From: Amoebophrya sp. A120
Lineage: Eukaryota; Protista; Dinoflagellata
Length of the DNA stretch: 64,000 nt
Reading direction: 5' to 3'
Assembly (NCBI GenBank): GCA_905178155.1
Contig: CAJINV010000006.1
Location: 2,297,700-2,361,699 of the forward strand
Both the position numbers and the translations under genes were made by a program. Positions 13,040 to 26,200 of this stretch are shown one piece after another (position 1 is the first letter of the stretch; each line of letters begins with the position of its first letter). The notes beneath the pieces were generated by a model. The model saw only the letters and a program-made list of their open reading frames with translations, searched no databases and was not told the origin of the DNA.

Positions 13040-14860
13040 TTCACGCAAGTCGCTTTGTTTCCCGGCGACAGAAAGTAAGGGGTCCGCCCCGCCTGGCGAG
13101 CAGCTCCACCGCCACCAGTAGCAGCTTATTGGAAAAGGCGGCGCCACTCCTCCTGGGCCCTCGTCTGGGTACGATCCATCGATACGAAGCGCGGCGCGCC
13201 ATCCTGCAGCGGGATGCGCCCCCGGGCCCCCACGGAGGGGTGCGTCCCTGCCAACATGCGACAGGCGCGCGGGGGCGCAGAATTGAGGGCGGCAAGCCTA
13301 GTCCCGGCTTCGCTTCTGCTGGGTTGCGGAACGAAGGAACGAGGCAAAAAGCACCCCAAGGCACTGATGCATGCGACACCGACCACCGGAATGAATGAAA
13401 GGGGCCAGGCAGGTCCGGGCGGCAGGCTGCGTCCCTCCCGCCCTCCGTTCCTTCTGGTCCGCGCCCTGCGCCGGGGGGGTGCCGGAACCTGCAGCCAGCA
13501 GGCCGCCGCCCCCCGTCCGGCGCCACCGCCCCCCCCGAGCCGCGTCGCCTTTGGCCACGGTCGGGGGGGTGGCGCGCTAAAAATGGCGAGTGGGCGGCCA
13601 TGGCCCACCAACATCAACCCAACCGCCTCGGCGCGCCGGCTTTGGAGTTTTTGCGGAGGGCCGGCCGATTGTCGCGGCCGGCGGGCCGGCGCAATGGCCC
13701 GGCGGCCGCGCCAACCAGGCAGGGAAAGGGCCAAAGGGCGCGCCAGCCTTCTTCGATCAGGAACTGACTGTCCTTGCAGGGGACGGCAGACCAGCCTTCT
13801 TCGACCCGCGATACCTTCGCCAGAGACTCGATTTCCTTCATCATCGCGGGCGGCAAGATTTTGCTCGATTGGGAAAGGAGAAGCGAACTGATTTGGGTAG
13901 GATCCTTCCATCCGGGGTCACGATAAGCGGTCAGGTCGGGGTGGACCAGGATCTTGGGCATCACCGTGCCGAGCGAGCCCGACAAAGTCACCGGAACACT
14001 CACCCATTGCAAGCGCGGCGAGGGAAATTCCTTCAGTCGAGTCATTCCAGACCCGGGAGAGACGTTCCACGTTCGTTTCCTTCAGCATGCGGATGTGGGA
14101 CAGGCCCGGATCCACCGCAGGCACCGTCTCCTCTGTCTTCGTCGTTCCTCTGGCGTTTAGCAGCACCTGACGAGCCTTGTGCGTGCATCTTATCGCTTAG
14201 CTCTTTGTAGTATATGATCGTCAATCCATGACCTGGACGGGGCCACCAATGGGCTTGCCCCCCGGGCGGGGCTGCGCCCGCGCTTGGCCGGGCGGCCAAT
14301 GACCCCACCGGCCCGCGCGTGGGCGGCGGATGCACAGCGGCCCCCTCGGGTGCGGGCGCAGTCGGCCAGAGCAGCATCCCCGCGGCTTGGTTTTGCGATT
14401 GGGCGCGGTAGTTCGGTCCGCGGGCGGCGAACAAACCCCCGGCGTTTTGGCAGGAGGGCCCGCCGCGCCTCCTCAATGCATTGCCGGAACTTCTTCTGGA
14501 AGTGCGGACCGTTGTCGCACCGTGCCCGCCGGTAGCAAGCCTGAACCCGCCGGGGCAAAGGCGTCGCGGATGCCTGCAAAGAAGGGGGCGGGCCACGAAA
14601 CCGGCGCGGGCGCAGGGCATTGGCGTCAATGCCAATAAATAAGGGCCGGCGACGCAGCCTCCGCTTCCTTCCAGGCCCGGCTTCGCGCGCTAGCCTGTCG
14701 GCCTGGCGGCCCCGCCAAACATGGGGCCAAAGATCCATCTACCACCCGAATGCACAAGCGCCACTCCGGTGTCTGCCCGTCAAAAATCCGCCAGGGCTTC
14801 GTCTCGCCCAGGCCCGCCGTCCCTCTCTCTGCTAGACACGGAGCGCGCCCCGGGTTATTC
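13040..14860. other. GC-rich intergenic island, possibly a degraded mobile-element fragment
   Basis: Abrupt switch to very high GC with G/C runs; no introners; no recognisable protein. Confidence 0.4.
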
Positions 14861-15324
14861 TGCTAGAGCCTGAGGTCGTACGAACTGCATCCGCTCCTTG
14901 TGAACGCGTCACGAACAACTCAAAAAGAAATTCTCAAGCAAACCACGACCAGAGACTACTGCTCGCAGCTTGACGGGAACACACAGAAGCTCCTCAAAGA
15001 ACGACCTGGGGGCTTCCTTGCGCTTGGTTCATTTATTGTGTCATACTACTTGATGTCGAAGACTTCTTGTTGGTGTTATGTATATGATTCTACAGTGTTC
15101 GTGAACGTCGTGCAAAAATGAAAATCTTGATAAAGTAATGTAAGTAAAAGCGTTCCTGTTTGAAATAAATGACGATCTCAAACCTGCATAATAGTGTACA
15201 TCTTCAAAACCTCTGACTGGTACTAGACGAAACAACAGCTTGCCAATGTAATTTCGCAGTCAGATAACTTCCTCTAGCTTCTCTACCCCAAAAAGTCGCA
15301 GAGCCTCGAATAAAAGTGCAACCG

Positions 15325-18300
15325 TTAAGAACCCGAGCTGCGGGGCACGTGACCCATAATACTGTCCTCCATCGCTGCACCGGGACCGGTTGTTGCTGTC
15401 GGATCATACTTCGATGACGACATAACCGCACTACTAATCGGTGATCCCTTGGCACCAGGAGTTCCTTCGTCTCCAGTTGTATCGGAGTTCTCCTCGTCCT
15501 CGTCGGGTATAATGGTCGCATTTAGAAGAAGACTTTCACTTACCCCGCCCGCCACTCCTTCTGCCGGAGATCCCTGAAGACCTGCCGTTCGAGCAGCCAA
15601 AGGATTTCTACTCAGCAACGCGTCGTGGTTCGAGGGTAAGGACCGCACGGAATGATCTTTGGCGCCTCTGCTCAGCAATCCTGAGGCTTTGCTTTGTTCT
15701 TCATCATCTGGCGACGGACCTGCAGCTGCCAGTTGAGCCGTGTGGGCTCTCTGATCTCTACTGTTGGCACTAGCCCCAGCAGCAGCACCAGCAGGAGCTA
15801 GTACAGCTCCGTCTTTTTTACTCATCTTCTGCGAAGTAGCCGATTTGGATGATTTTCTAGCAGGAGCCGCCGGGTCGACGTTCGCAGCTGCTGCTTCATC
15901 TCCCTTCTTTGATAGGCAGCACCCGATGCAAAAAATCACGGCCAGGAGTACGGTGGCGGCGAAGACGATGTCGGGCCAATATTTCTGGAAAAACCCAGCG
16001 CCAGCCTCGTCCTCGTTTACAACCGGGGGGGCCTCGCCCGGTGCCACCCATTGGCAGCATTGGAAATCTATATCTAATGGGTAGAGGTCTTCAAATATTA
16101 AACTGGTGTCCGTTGATGTGCTGTTTTCTACTTCTGCACTTGCAGCTCCATCACTTATTTGTCGAGCTATCTTCACCCGCTTCGCTTCGTTGCAAGGGAC
16201 TTTGCCGACGCCGTGGTTTTTGAATCCAGTAGTGATCACAGCCTCGTCGGCATTTTTGGCGAGGGTTGTGCTGCTGTCCTGTGAGGACGTCGTTAAACCG
16301 GCTAGGAAGTTCGACGTTGCCCCATATGTAGTACTACTATCCGCGAAGAACGTGGAGTTCTTCGTGCCTAGGAAGTAAAGCAGCGACGCGTAGCTGTCCC
16401 ACCGAATCCCGATTTTGTCCGGAGAAACAGAAGTCTGGTGCTCCTCCGGAAGCAACACTGTGACGCTCGCCTCCATTGCATTTTTCGTCGCCTGAATCGG
16501 GTAGTCGTGCGAGCTACAGTAGGTGTTAATTGGTCCACACCGGGGTAGGTCGTCGATGCTGGGAAGCGTTGTGACTTTGTTCATCGTAGTAGAAGTTCTT
16601 GTCTGATGCAGATATGTAGTTGTGGCAGTTCTCCTCTTCTTTCCGCTCCTTCGTGAAGCAGAGAAAGAACTTTTGGAAAATAACACTTTCTCGAGGAACG
16701 ACACGGCAGTGGATAAAGAAGCTCCTGCAGCAGCCTCAAGGCCATCATCTTCCGCCAGATCCTCTTCCCCCTCGTACTCCGCCGCGCCAACCGCGTTGGC
16801 GCAGTACCCCTGCGCCTCAATCTGCGTCACGAACGTGCAACACGGTCCGAGCTGTATGGCGTGCTCAGATGTGACAATCTCAAAGGTTACAACTTAATCT
16901 GGCTTCTGTATTGCATGACGAGCATGACAGACTCGCAGAGCGTTCCACTTTCTCCAATACAAATTTCGCCAGGTTGTAGTGCGGTTTGGGACAACTCGGG
17001 AACTTGTCATGCGCAATCCTGTGCGAGTAGGAGTACGCTAGATCATGTACTCTTGCATCACAGATTTCCATTATTCTACTTATTTTTATTGTAACGCTTG
17101 AGATTGCAACAGCTGAGCAGGTCATAAGCTGTGCGCAGGGCTTCTGGAACTTCGCGGCACTGCAATCCGTGTTGCTGCATTCGTGTTTTATCGTTCCGGT
17201 GGTTTGGTTTTTCACCACCTCACAAACCCCCGGGAGCATCTCGGGGAGGTGGGCTAGGGGATCGGCTTCTTGTGGGTTGTCGTCGGTTAGAACTTCCGTC
17301 GCCTTGGCATTTGTCCCGCCTTCGTCTTCCGGTGCACTCGTGCTTGTACTGCTACTAGATGTTGTACTGCTCTGAAGCCCCTTGAACAAATACTCAAAAA
17401 TTTCCACGAAGTCAGTCGTTCTACTCTTGATGTTGGAGTTCCCACTCGTCGTCTCATCATCATCATCATCATCATTTCCAGGAGCTGGCGTTGTACTGCC
17501 GCCGTCGCCGTCGTTGTCCACCACAGAAGTCACGTCTTTCAACAGTTCTCTCAACACTGGATCCCCTGTCGCGATCTCGTCCAGGTGGAGCGCGTCGTTT
17601 AAAATTTTCTAGTATCAAATGCAAACATGTCTGGGTCTGGAAGAATGCAACGTTTGTCATGCTTGTCTGGCATGACTGAAGAGTTTGTGATGCGTGTCCA
17701 AGAAGAGACGCTTTTGCGCCGCCATGCCAAAACGCAGCTCGTCATGCGGAAAACGCAACACGAAACCGCGCAAATATTTCTCATGCTTGGCTGTGCATGT
17801 CAGAGCACTTACTATTCACAACCCAGCATTACAAGTTTCCAGACCCAGACATTTTTCAATGCATATCTCCACGGTCTCCACCGGTTCGATTTTCGCAAAG
17901 ATCTCGCTCAACTCCTGAACGGGGCTTGATGTTCCACATCTTCCTGTGCAAAAGTATCGTACTCGTAGTAATCGCAATCATGCATTACAAATTTCTTTCT
18001 CAAGGCAAATCGGCATTACAAATTTAATTTGTAATGCTGGGCTAATTTGTAATGCAATTTTTACTAGTACGATGCTTTTGCAGTTCATATTCCAAAAGTT
18101 TTGACAACAACGTCGTACAATACTCTTTTCAAGTGCTCAATCGACGCCGCGGAAAGAATAGCACCTTCGTCGATCGACGACATCGATATCCTCTGCAAAA
18201 GTATCGCACTCGTAGCAATCGTAAACATGCATTACAAATCTCCTTCTTCAAGTAAATTCGCACTACAAATTCCATATTTCATGCTGAGGGGATTTGTCAT

Positions 18301-21300
18301 GCGAAGATTTCTATTAGTACGATGCTTTTGCACTTGATAATCGAAAAATCCTGCTTACTCAATTCGACCGCAAACTGGGTCAACTTAGCAAGTTCTGCTG
18401 GGGTTAAACTCTGCGTAAGTTTGTCCAGGTCAACCCAGAAATTATCGGCGAGTTTTACCAGAGTTGTTGGAGTTGTGGGGATCGATGTTGGTGTCGTGGT
18501 GGTAACCGTGACAACTGAAACTGTGGTTGTCGTGGTGGTCGTGGTCGTACTCGTTGGGACGCAGTACCCCAGTGGAGGTGATGTGGTAGAAGTTGGAGTA
18601 AGTTCTTGTGTGCTAGTACTGGTAATTTGTGGCGGCACCGCCAAGGCTTGATGTTCCACCGGTGGCACAGGCAGAGACCCGGCTGTCGTGATGAGATCCG
18701 GGTCCTGGCGCGTGCGGTGAAGGCTTGCATCGTCAGGATCATCAGACGAGGTCGTTACACTTTCACCTTGCACAACTTCCGTCGTGTAGTGAAGGCGGTA
18801 TTCACTTTCTTGTCGTGATGAAAGATGACGATGAGTCTCCTGTTTTGAAGATGTTGCGAAGATGTTTGTGTTCATACTTTCGCGGTTGTTCGACGTTCGT
18901 GCTAGAAAGGAAGACGAGGAACGACCTGAAGATGAACTATGCGCGGACGAGGACTGCGTGGGCGAAGATGTAGTCCCCTGCTCTCCTGCACTGCCGCTGT
19001 CCCCCACCACGACCTCTGGTGCGAAACAGCAAATTTTCAACTGGTCCGCCAAATTACTCTCATTCCTCGCGACGTCAAGAGGAATCGTTGCGTTTTTTTT
19101 CGTGAAGAATTCAGTCGTGTAATTGACTCCCGGTGCGACGGCGCCGAAGTTGGACACGTCATAATGCTCCATCACCGACCCGCACAAATTTTCGTGGCAT
19201 TTCTGTTCCATACCCGGCCAGTTTCGGCAGGACAAGATTGTGGGTGCAACGGTTGTGGTGGTGGAGGTGGTAGTAGTGGTATATGTCGTGGTCGTGGTCG
19301 TTGTTGTCAGTGCTGCGAGCAAATCTGGGTATCTATCATTTTCTGTCGTGATTTCGTCGGTGAAGAGGGGGATGTTGTATCCACAATAAATTTCCCGTAC
19401 ACGTACAAATGCAGTCGCTGCATGACAAAACTTGCCTTCAGTCCTAGTCTAGCATCACAAGTTGGACACTGCAAGTTAGCGAAATTTGTCATGCATTTTG
19501 TACATGTACGGGAAATTTGTATTGCATATGTTGTACTGGTTCGCAACGTAAATGATTTGAACCACCGCTTGGTCCAAACTGTGTAGTAGTTGTTGATCAT
19601 GTTGTAGTATCCTGTGCAAAAGTATCGTACTCGTATGAATGGCAGTCTTGCATTACAGATCCACCATTTTACCTCAATCAGAATTACAAATTCCATTTTT
19701 CCTTTTGCAAAAATTTGTCATGCTATTTGTACTAGTACGATAGTTTTGCAATGCATATGTAGTAGCACAGAATTTGAACCTGTATCCTCGTCGTCGTCCG
19801 AATCTCCTGGTCCTGTCGCAAGAACTACTTCCCTCCCCTCAAACAGCACATCTGTCAATCCCCAGGAGGCAATATCAAATGCAAAAGTGTCTGGGTCTGG
19901 GAGATTCTGAGACTTGTCATGCACGTTTTGCATGAGCCATGACGTCTGTGAAAGATGCATGCCGTAGCGTCACAGATTTTTCGAGGGGTTCTTGATGCCT
20001 ATTTCGCATGACAAATGCCCTATCCGCGAGCGTAGCAAAAATTAGAATTACATTCCCTTTGCTACTCATGCAATACAAATTTTTTTGGAATCCAAATGCA
20101 GCATCACAAGTTGGATTCTTCCAGACCCAGACATTTTTTCATTTGATAGGCAAAGTCTGTCTCCGCTCTCAAATCCGCACTTGCAAACACCGGCCACAAC
20201 ACCTTCCTCAAAGCCGCCGCGTTCGGCAACTGCAAGTCGCGGATCGCAAGTTCGAGGGAGTGGAATTGCCGCTCGCTTTTTTTCCTTGCGTCCAAAAACC
20301 AGGACAGGTTGATCGACGTCGTCTGCACATGTAGTTGATCAGCACCAGGGACGACGTCGAGAGATGATGATGATGATGAAAACGCCGATTCATATGAGGC
20401 CAAGTTCAATCCCAATTCCACAAACTTCTGTTGCAAAAAGCTCTTGTTTTCGTACTCCGGAGCGTCGGTCTTGTTGTCCCGTAAGGCTATTTCTTCTGCG
20501 GCGAAGGAAATTCCGTACGCCGATTTCTCCGCGAAGGGCTCCACGATTTCCAACGGGTGATGCAAATGCTTCCACAACTCTACTCGGTCGGTTAGGAGGG
20601 ACTGGAAGAACGCGGTTTCGACGTTTGATGTTGCGTTGGCGATGTGGCAAATCCCGAAGCTTGCCGGGATGCCCGATGGGATCTCCAGGCTCTTCTCCGC
20701 AAGGGTTAACTGTTGTAGGTAGGTTACGAGCAATTGTTTTAAATCGAACACAGTTTTGTTCCTGAGCTCCCTGTGCGAAAGCTCGGCGAAAGCTACGTGC
20801 TCGAACGTGGACTCCCGCTCCCGCCGTTCCAGTGGCGTCAGCCGTCCGTAGCTGTCTGTTTGGGGGGCGTTTTGTTGCGCGAGTTCTTCACCCGTCATGC
20901 CGTACACGCACTGCTCCAGCTTCGACTTCGACGCGCCGTCGTACTTCAGCGAGAAATAAGGGGATTCTTGTCCTGCGTCGCTCAACACGCCTTCTTCAAA
21001 ATCGAAGTTCAACATAATTTTCCCCTGCTCAGCCTCCGCCTCGACATACCTCGAGTGCGCCTTTTCCTGCACTTCCGGGCGCACTTCTAGCAGCCACTTC
21101 TTTAACCCTGGGTCCATTCGCGCAAATGGGGGGGCAACGCCGGAAATCGAATGCTTTATGTGATCCCCCTTCTCCAGCTTATTCACAAGCGCCAGCTTCT
21201 TCCGAATGTCGTCCCAGGTTTGCACTTTCTCCGCCTGGGTGGTGATTGCGTCTTCCAGAAGTTTGAAAGCCGCGACCTGTCGCTGCAGCCAAGTCAAGGA

Positions 21301-22359
21301 GGAGTCGTCGTGGTCACTTTCATTTTGTGCTTGTCCTTGTTCCTCTCCAGATTGTCTTAAAAGAAACTCCTCTACCAGGTCATGCACTTCGTCTTTGTGT
21401 GTTTCCGATTCCGACCCTTCTGCCGTCAAACTGATTCTCGTTAAAGCCGGAAAACTGGTCTGGTTCAGAAGAAGTGCTGCTTGATGTTGTGCTTCTTCAA
21501 CAGGATTCCCGCCGAGGAGGACCACACCATGGGAAGTAGTAGTAGTAGTTGTCGTCGCCAACAGCTGTTCCGAAGCCACGCAGTGGGACAGGAGCTTGGC
21601 CACGAGCACGGGCTCCAACAGCTCGAGTTCTTCATCTGTGAAAGTACTGTCTAACACGCCTGATGAAGAGGCAATAGTACTACTTCCGTCAGCTACAGGC
21701 GGGTTTGGTGCCACGACCACGTCTCCATCCTCCCCCGGGCAGTTTTTTGTCTCGCGGATGTAGGAGTGCAGCGAGGGGCAGTAGATCAGAGAGGACTTGC
21801 TCTCGACTACTTCCAGTAGCGAAGAGGTTGAGGTAGAAGTAGTACTTGTTCTAGTTGATGTACTGGATTGAAACTGCACGGCAGCTCCAGCTGCTTGTTC
21901 TTGTTGCTCTTGTTCATCTACATCTTCTACTTCTCGCGGCCCACGATCATGTGTGGAGTGTGCTAGTCGTTCATGTTCTGTTCTGGAGGTTTGAGTAGTG
22001 GATCTTCTTCCGCGAAGGAGCGAGCGGTTGTCTACTGCGGTGTTAATGTTATGCTCATGTCTATGAGAAGGCGTCGTGGTGGTCCTCCTGCTTCGGATCC
22101 TAGTGCTAGTTCGTGCGGCCTCCACAAGTCGAAGTCCCGTGAGCGAGCTGCTCTTTCCATTATTTTCGACGGAGGAAGCAGGAGCATCCCTCTGTTGCTG
22201 GCCACCCGCGCAAAAAGAAAGAAATACTGCTGAAGACGAGTTGTAGGTTAACCAACCGCAGGTGGCGGTGAAGATGCGAGTATAATGATCATCTTCCAGG
22301 CCGCTGAGGCCGACCAGCAGCAAGCGCTGAAACACGGTATTGACCTTGGGCACGACCAT
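15325..22359 (-). CDS. Large type-I membrane/surface protein (~1863 aa) with Thr-rich mucin-like tracts and Cys modules; 7 introners
   Basis: Provided ORFs 20104-22359, 18297-19322, 16880-17557 and 15325-16830 join in frame after excision (5592 nt). Single TM DIVFAATVLLAVIFCIGCCL; poly-Thr tracts. Confidence 0.8.
16855..17126. mobile_element. Introner family C
   Basis: TSD agctg. Confidence 0.85.
17613..17865. mobile_element. Introner family B
   Basis: TSD tctag/tctcc. Confidence 0.85.
17937..18089. mobile_element. Introner family A
   Basis: CAT..ATA; TSD ttcca. Confidence 0.85.
18187..18339. mobile_element. Introner family A
   Basis: TSD atcga. Confidence 0.9.
19378..19528. mobile_element. 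Introner, singleton TIR type
   Basis: TIR aaatttcccgtaca; TSD tgttg. Confidence 0.85.
19608..19757. mobile_element. Introner family A
   Basis: TSD tgtag. Confidence 0.9.
19873..20148. mobile_element. Introner family B
   Basis: TSD ggcaa. Confidence 0.9.
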
Positions 22360-23272
22360 CTGCCAATAGAAAAGTTAAAGTTTTCAGTAGCAAGGACTTG
22401 TAGCAAACAATCGTAGTGCCCGTGGCTGCTCGAGTAGATCAACACGGCCAGCAATAAACGGTCGTGGTTTAATAGCAAGCAAAAGACGATCTTGGTTGAG
22501 TACAAGACCTCTATCTAAAGAGGGTTAAGGAGGAAGATAAATGGTCGTTTCCTGTGCTGACAATGGATGGGAATGTGTATTACACACGAAGACGAACAAG
22601 AAGCCAATACGAATTTAGGACAGGCGGTGCGCCGCACGACTAAGATATCATGACTTTTTCAAGCCAACGACGTTTCATGACTCAGGTTTTAATGATAGCA
22701 CGACTTTTGCCACGACGGACGCTGACAGGAGCAGGACGAGATGTGATACTAGACGTAATTGGCAGTAGTTAGAATCTGTCACATTTAGTACTTATTTATT
22801 GATTTCCTTACACTAGAAGTAGAATGAACGAACGAGAAACGACGAGGACGTTGCAGCGGCACGAGCGCAGTAGAGGACGAAACAGAGACGACGGTTGACG
22901 GCAATACAATACAATCAGTCACTACGGCTCCGTGGTCTTCGCTGTAATTATCCAATAGAATTGTTACGACGCTTTCAACAACGGACTTTGAGCGAACATC
23001 GAATGCCGGAGGGATTTTCGGCTTGTAACCTGTACAACTCGGTCTTCTCCCAGTGCGAGCTCCTTGGGTTTCGCCTTGGCTTTTCCTTTTGAAGTGAAAA
23101 TCATAAATTCGTTGACTGAACAAGAGATGTGCGAGGAAAAAAAACGTGCATTGTTTTTTGAAAAAAATCGACGCAGGTGGTGAACAACCAATTGCGCAGG
23201 TATTCGAGTTGAGTTGAAGCCGTCCTGCCTGGCAAATCGACACATAATTCTCTATCCCAAATTGATTCTTCA

Positions 23273-26200
23273 TCACGCCAAAACGTCGTGAAACACCGTC
23301 AAAACCGCGTATGCACTGCACATATGTCTGCGTTTGGAAAGAAGATGATGCGAGGTGGATTTGTATTCCTGATTTATTCTGCAAAGAATCGGCGCCCCGT
23401 CGAGGAAGAAGACCAAATACGAAATTCACAGCTTTATTTCATGCACTACCACTACACGACACGAGATGACTGATCCTCGTGTCGGAGAGAAGATCGTGAC
23501 TACACACGACATACTCAGAAGATCCAGGCCCAGACACACGTGCCGATGCATACCGCGTCACACAGCGCAAACACGTTGTAGTCCACTTGATTGGAAAACC
23601 GCTCCGAAGTATATGAACTGCAAATATGTCTGAGTCTGGAAGCTTGTGATGCAAGTCAGCGAACTACAATGTGCACACTGTATGTAATGCACTGCGAAGC
23701 ATGACAAGTTTTTCCGTGGTTCTGCGTTGCGTATTCCGCATTAGAAACTGCGTTTTCGTATGACAGGCAAGAGGTGCTCTTTGCGGCCACGCAATACAGA
23801 GCTCAGAGTCATGCCAGACTAGCATGACAAATTCCGAAATCATTCAGACCCAGACATTTTTGCAGTTGATAAAGTATGACAGCGCACAACTCGCCTGCCT
23901 CCTGCTTCTCTCATGCAAAAGTGTGCTTGATGAAGCTGGAGGTGCACAACGATGAACCAGACGTTTCTCATCTTTAGCACCGTCTTGCATCTGGCAAGTA
24001 GCGGTAGCAGCATTGCAAAGGCTACTGCAAACATGACCAAGGCGTATGCAGATTAGCGTCGGTTTATCCATTCGATTGACTGTATTGCTGCTTTTCATGC
24101 CCTGCAAATTTTCTTAGGGGGGCAGAGGCAGTTCGTGTACATTCGCATACACCGCTCCACCCAACGAGTCGCACATTAGCTTGTACCTTGTATCAAAATC
24201 AAATAGAAACATGAAGATCACTATTCGTTTTTACTGCAACACAAGGAACAAGACACTGTTGTTGCGTGTCATGCTAAACACTGAATTTGACATGGTGAGC
24301 AGGAGATTTGCAACAAAAAGTGTGAAAAATCAACTGACAAAACCAAATTCCAAAAGTCAGATTTTGATAAAGTTTTCCCATCTTCAAACAATGTGACTGT
24401 ACCGCTCCGTCGCCACGCCGGACAAAACTGCGGGTTCGCAGGTGCTCTTCCACGTTCGCACCAGCTCCGTCCCAAAAACGTTGTGCGACTTCATATGCTC
24501 TGCAAAAGTATTTCGCTCGTAGTAATTCTAAATCTAATTGCTGTTATGCATGACAAATCGAAATCTCCCTACTAAGTCTAAGGTGAAACAGCATTACAAA
24601 TTTGTCTTGTAATGCTCAGCAAATCTGTAATGCAATTACTTCTAGTACGATACTTTTGCCTTGCATACTTCACCTCCCGCGCGAATTTTACGCACTGGTC
24701 CCACCCTTTGGGCTTCGGTCCCCTGGGGGCCAGCGCTGGGGTGATGCCGGGGGCGGAACCTTATTGATGATAATAAATACGAAATACGATTTCTTTTCAA
24801 TTTCTTGATTTTGCTCCAAGTTCTTCCTGCCAGTACAGCTTATCGCTATTTTCATGGCGTATACCAAAAACAACGAAAATTTTTCCCATTTTGTTCGTCC
24901 CAACAAGGCAAGCACAAGTACCACTTCCGGAGCCCCCCGTTGGCTGCGCGACTGCTATCCAGTGCAAAAGTAGTTGTGTCACGGTTCATATACGATCATT
25001 CTCGACGTACCTCTACCTGCTTTTTCATTTCTCATGCACTCTACATACACTAGATACGCTACTACGTCGCGTAAGTACATGACACTGACTTGTTTTGCCC
25101 GTAGACATATTGGCGGCCGGGTCTTGCTCCTGTTCGTGCAACACGAGGCTCATGGCATTGGGGTTGGCATTTGAGGCCAAGCTGGCACGCCCGGCTGCAG
25201 TGCCGACCTTCAGTTCAGTAGTTGCTCCCGCAGTTTGTTGTTGTTTCTTCATCGCCATGGCCTTGGCCAGCTCCTCCCGCTCTTGCCGCGCGATCTCCTG
25301 GTGTCGCAGCAGCTGCGCGTTTTGCCGGTCCAGTTCGATTTTTGTCATGGCCTCCTGCTCGATGTCAACGCCGGTGTTGGTGTTGGTTCCTATGGCGTTC
25401 TCAAATGTTACATTCTCAACTGTTACATGAATTTGTCATGCAAGAATAGCACAGGTCAGAGGGAGAACCCTGCGCGTCTTGCATTACAGATTTGGTGCGG
25501 ATTCTAGTGCTATGTAGCCCTCCGAGAATTTGTCATGCGAGGCACCTTCATCGTCTGATGACTCATGGTCATTTTGCATGACAAATCATGTAAAAGTTGA
25601 GAATGTAACGGTTGAGCTCCCCATAGTTCCGAATAAAGCCTTCTGCGCCTCCTCCTGCTCGCGGTCCATTCTGGCTAGCACCGCGGCGCCCGAACTCGGG
25701 TCGACGATGTCCGTTGTAGTTGCATATGAATTGCAAAAGTATCGTACTCGTAGTAATCGCAATCATGCATGACAAGCCTCCATCTTAAGGGAGATCCGCA
25801 TTACAAATTCCATTTCTCATGTTAAGCTAATTTGTAATGCGATTCCTACTAGAACGATACTTTTGCACAGGATATTGCAGCCGCACCAGCATCCCCTCCA
25901 GATGAGTTCTGGTAAAAGCTGTCCGCCGTGGGCAGCTCAAACACTTTCACCTCCTTGTGCACACGGTTGATGTTTCTGTTGCTGTTCAGCCCCCGGGAGG
26001 AAGACTTGCTATGCACTGCAAAAGCATCGCACTCGCAGTACTCAATTGCAATGTTGCACGATAGATGTGCTATGACACTTGTTTCTACATGTTGGTCAAG
26101 TCCATTTTTGATTTTGAGAAAATTCGTACTCATGGTCATGCAAGGATTACTGTTACTACCAGCACGACGTCGATATAGATTTAGATTTTTGCGTTGCATA

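Noticed and set aside
13126-14738. Long overlapping ORFs in the GC island as real genes or a transposase
   Set aside because: Expected from stop-codon scarcity at high GC; Arg/Pro/Gly-rich with no DDE or RT motif seen
24956-25057. Possible degenerate introner (tatccagtg...cactagata)
   Set aside because: No TSD, and the plus-5 rule does not give the right frame; boundaries unresolved, so not listed as a feature
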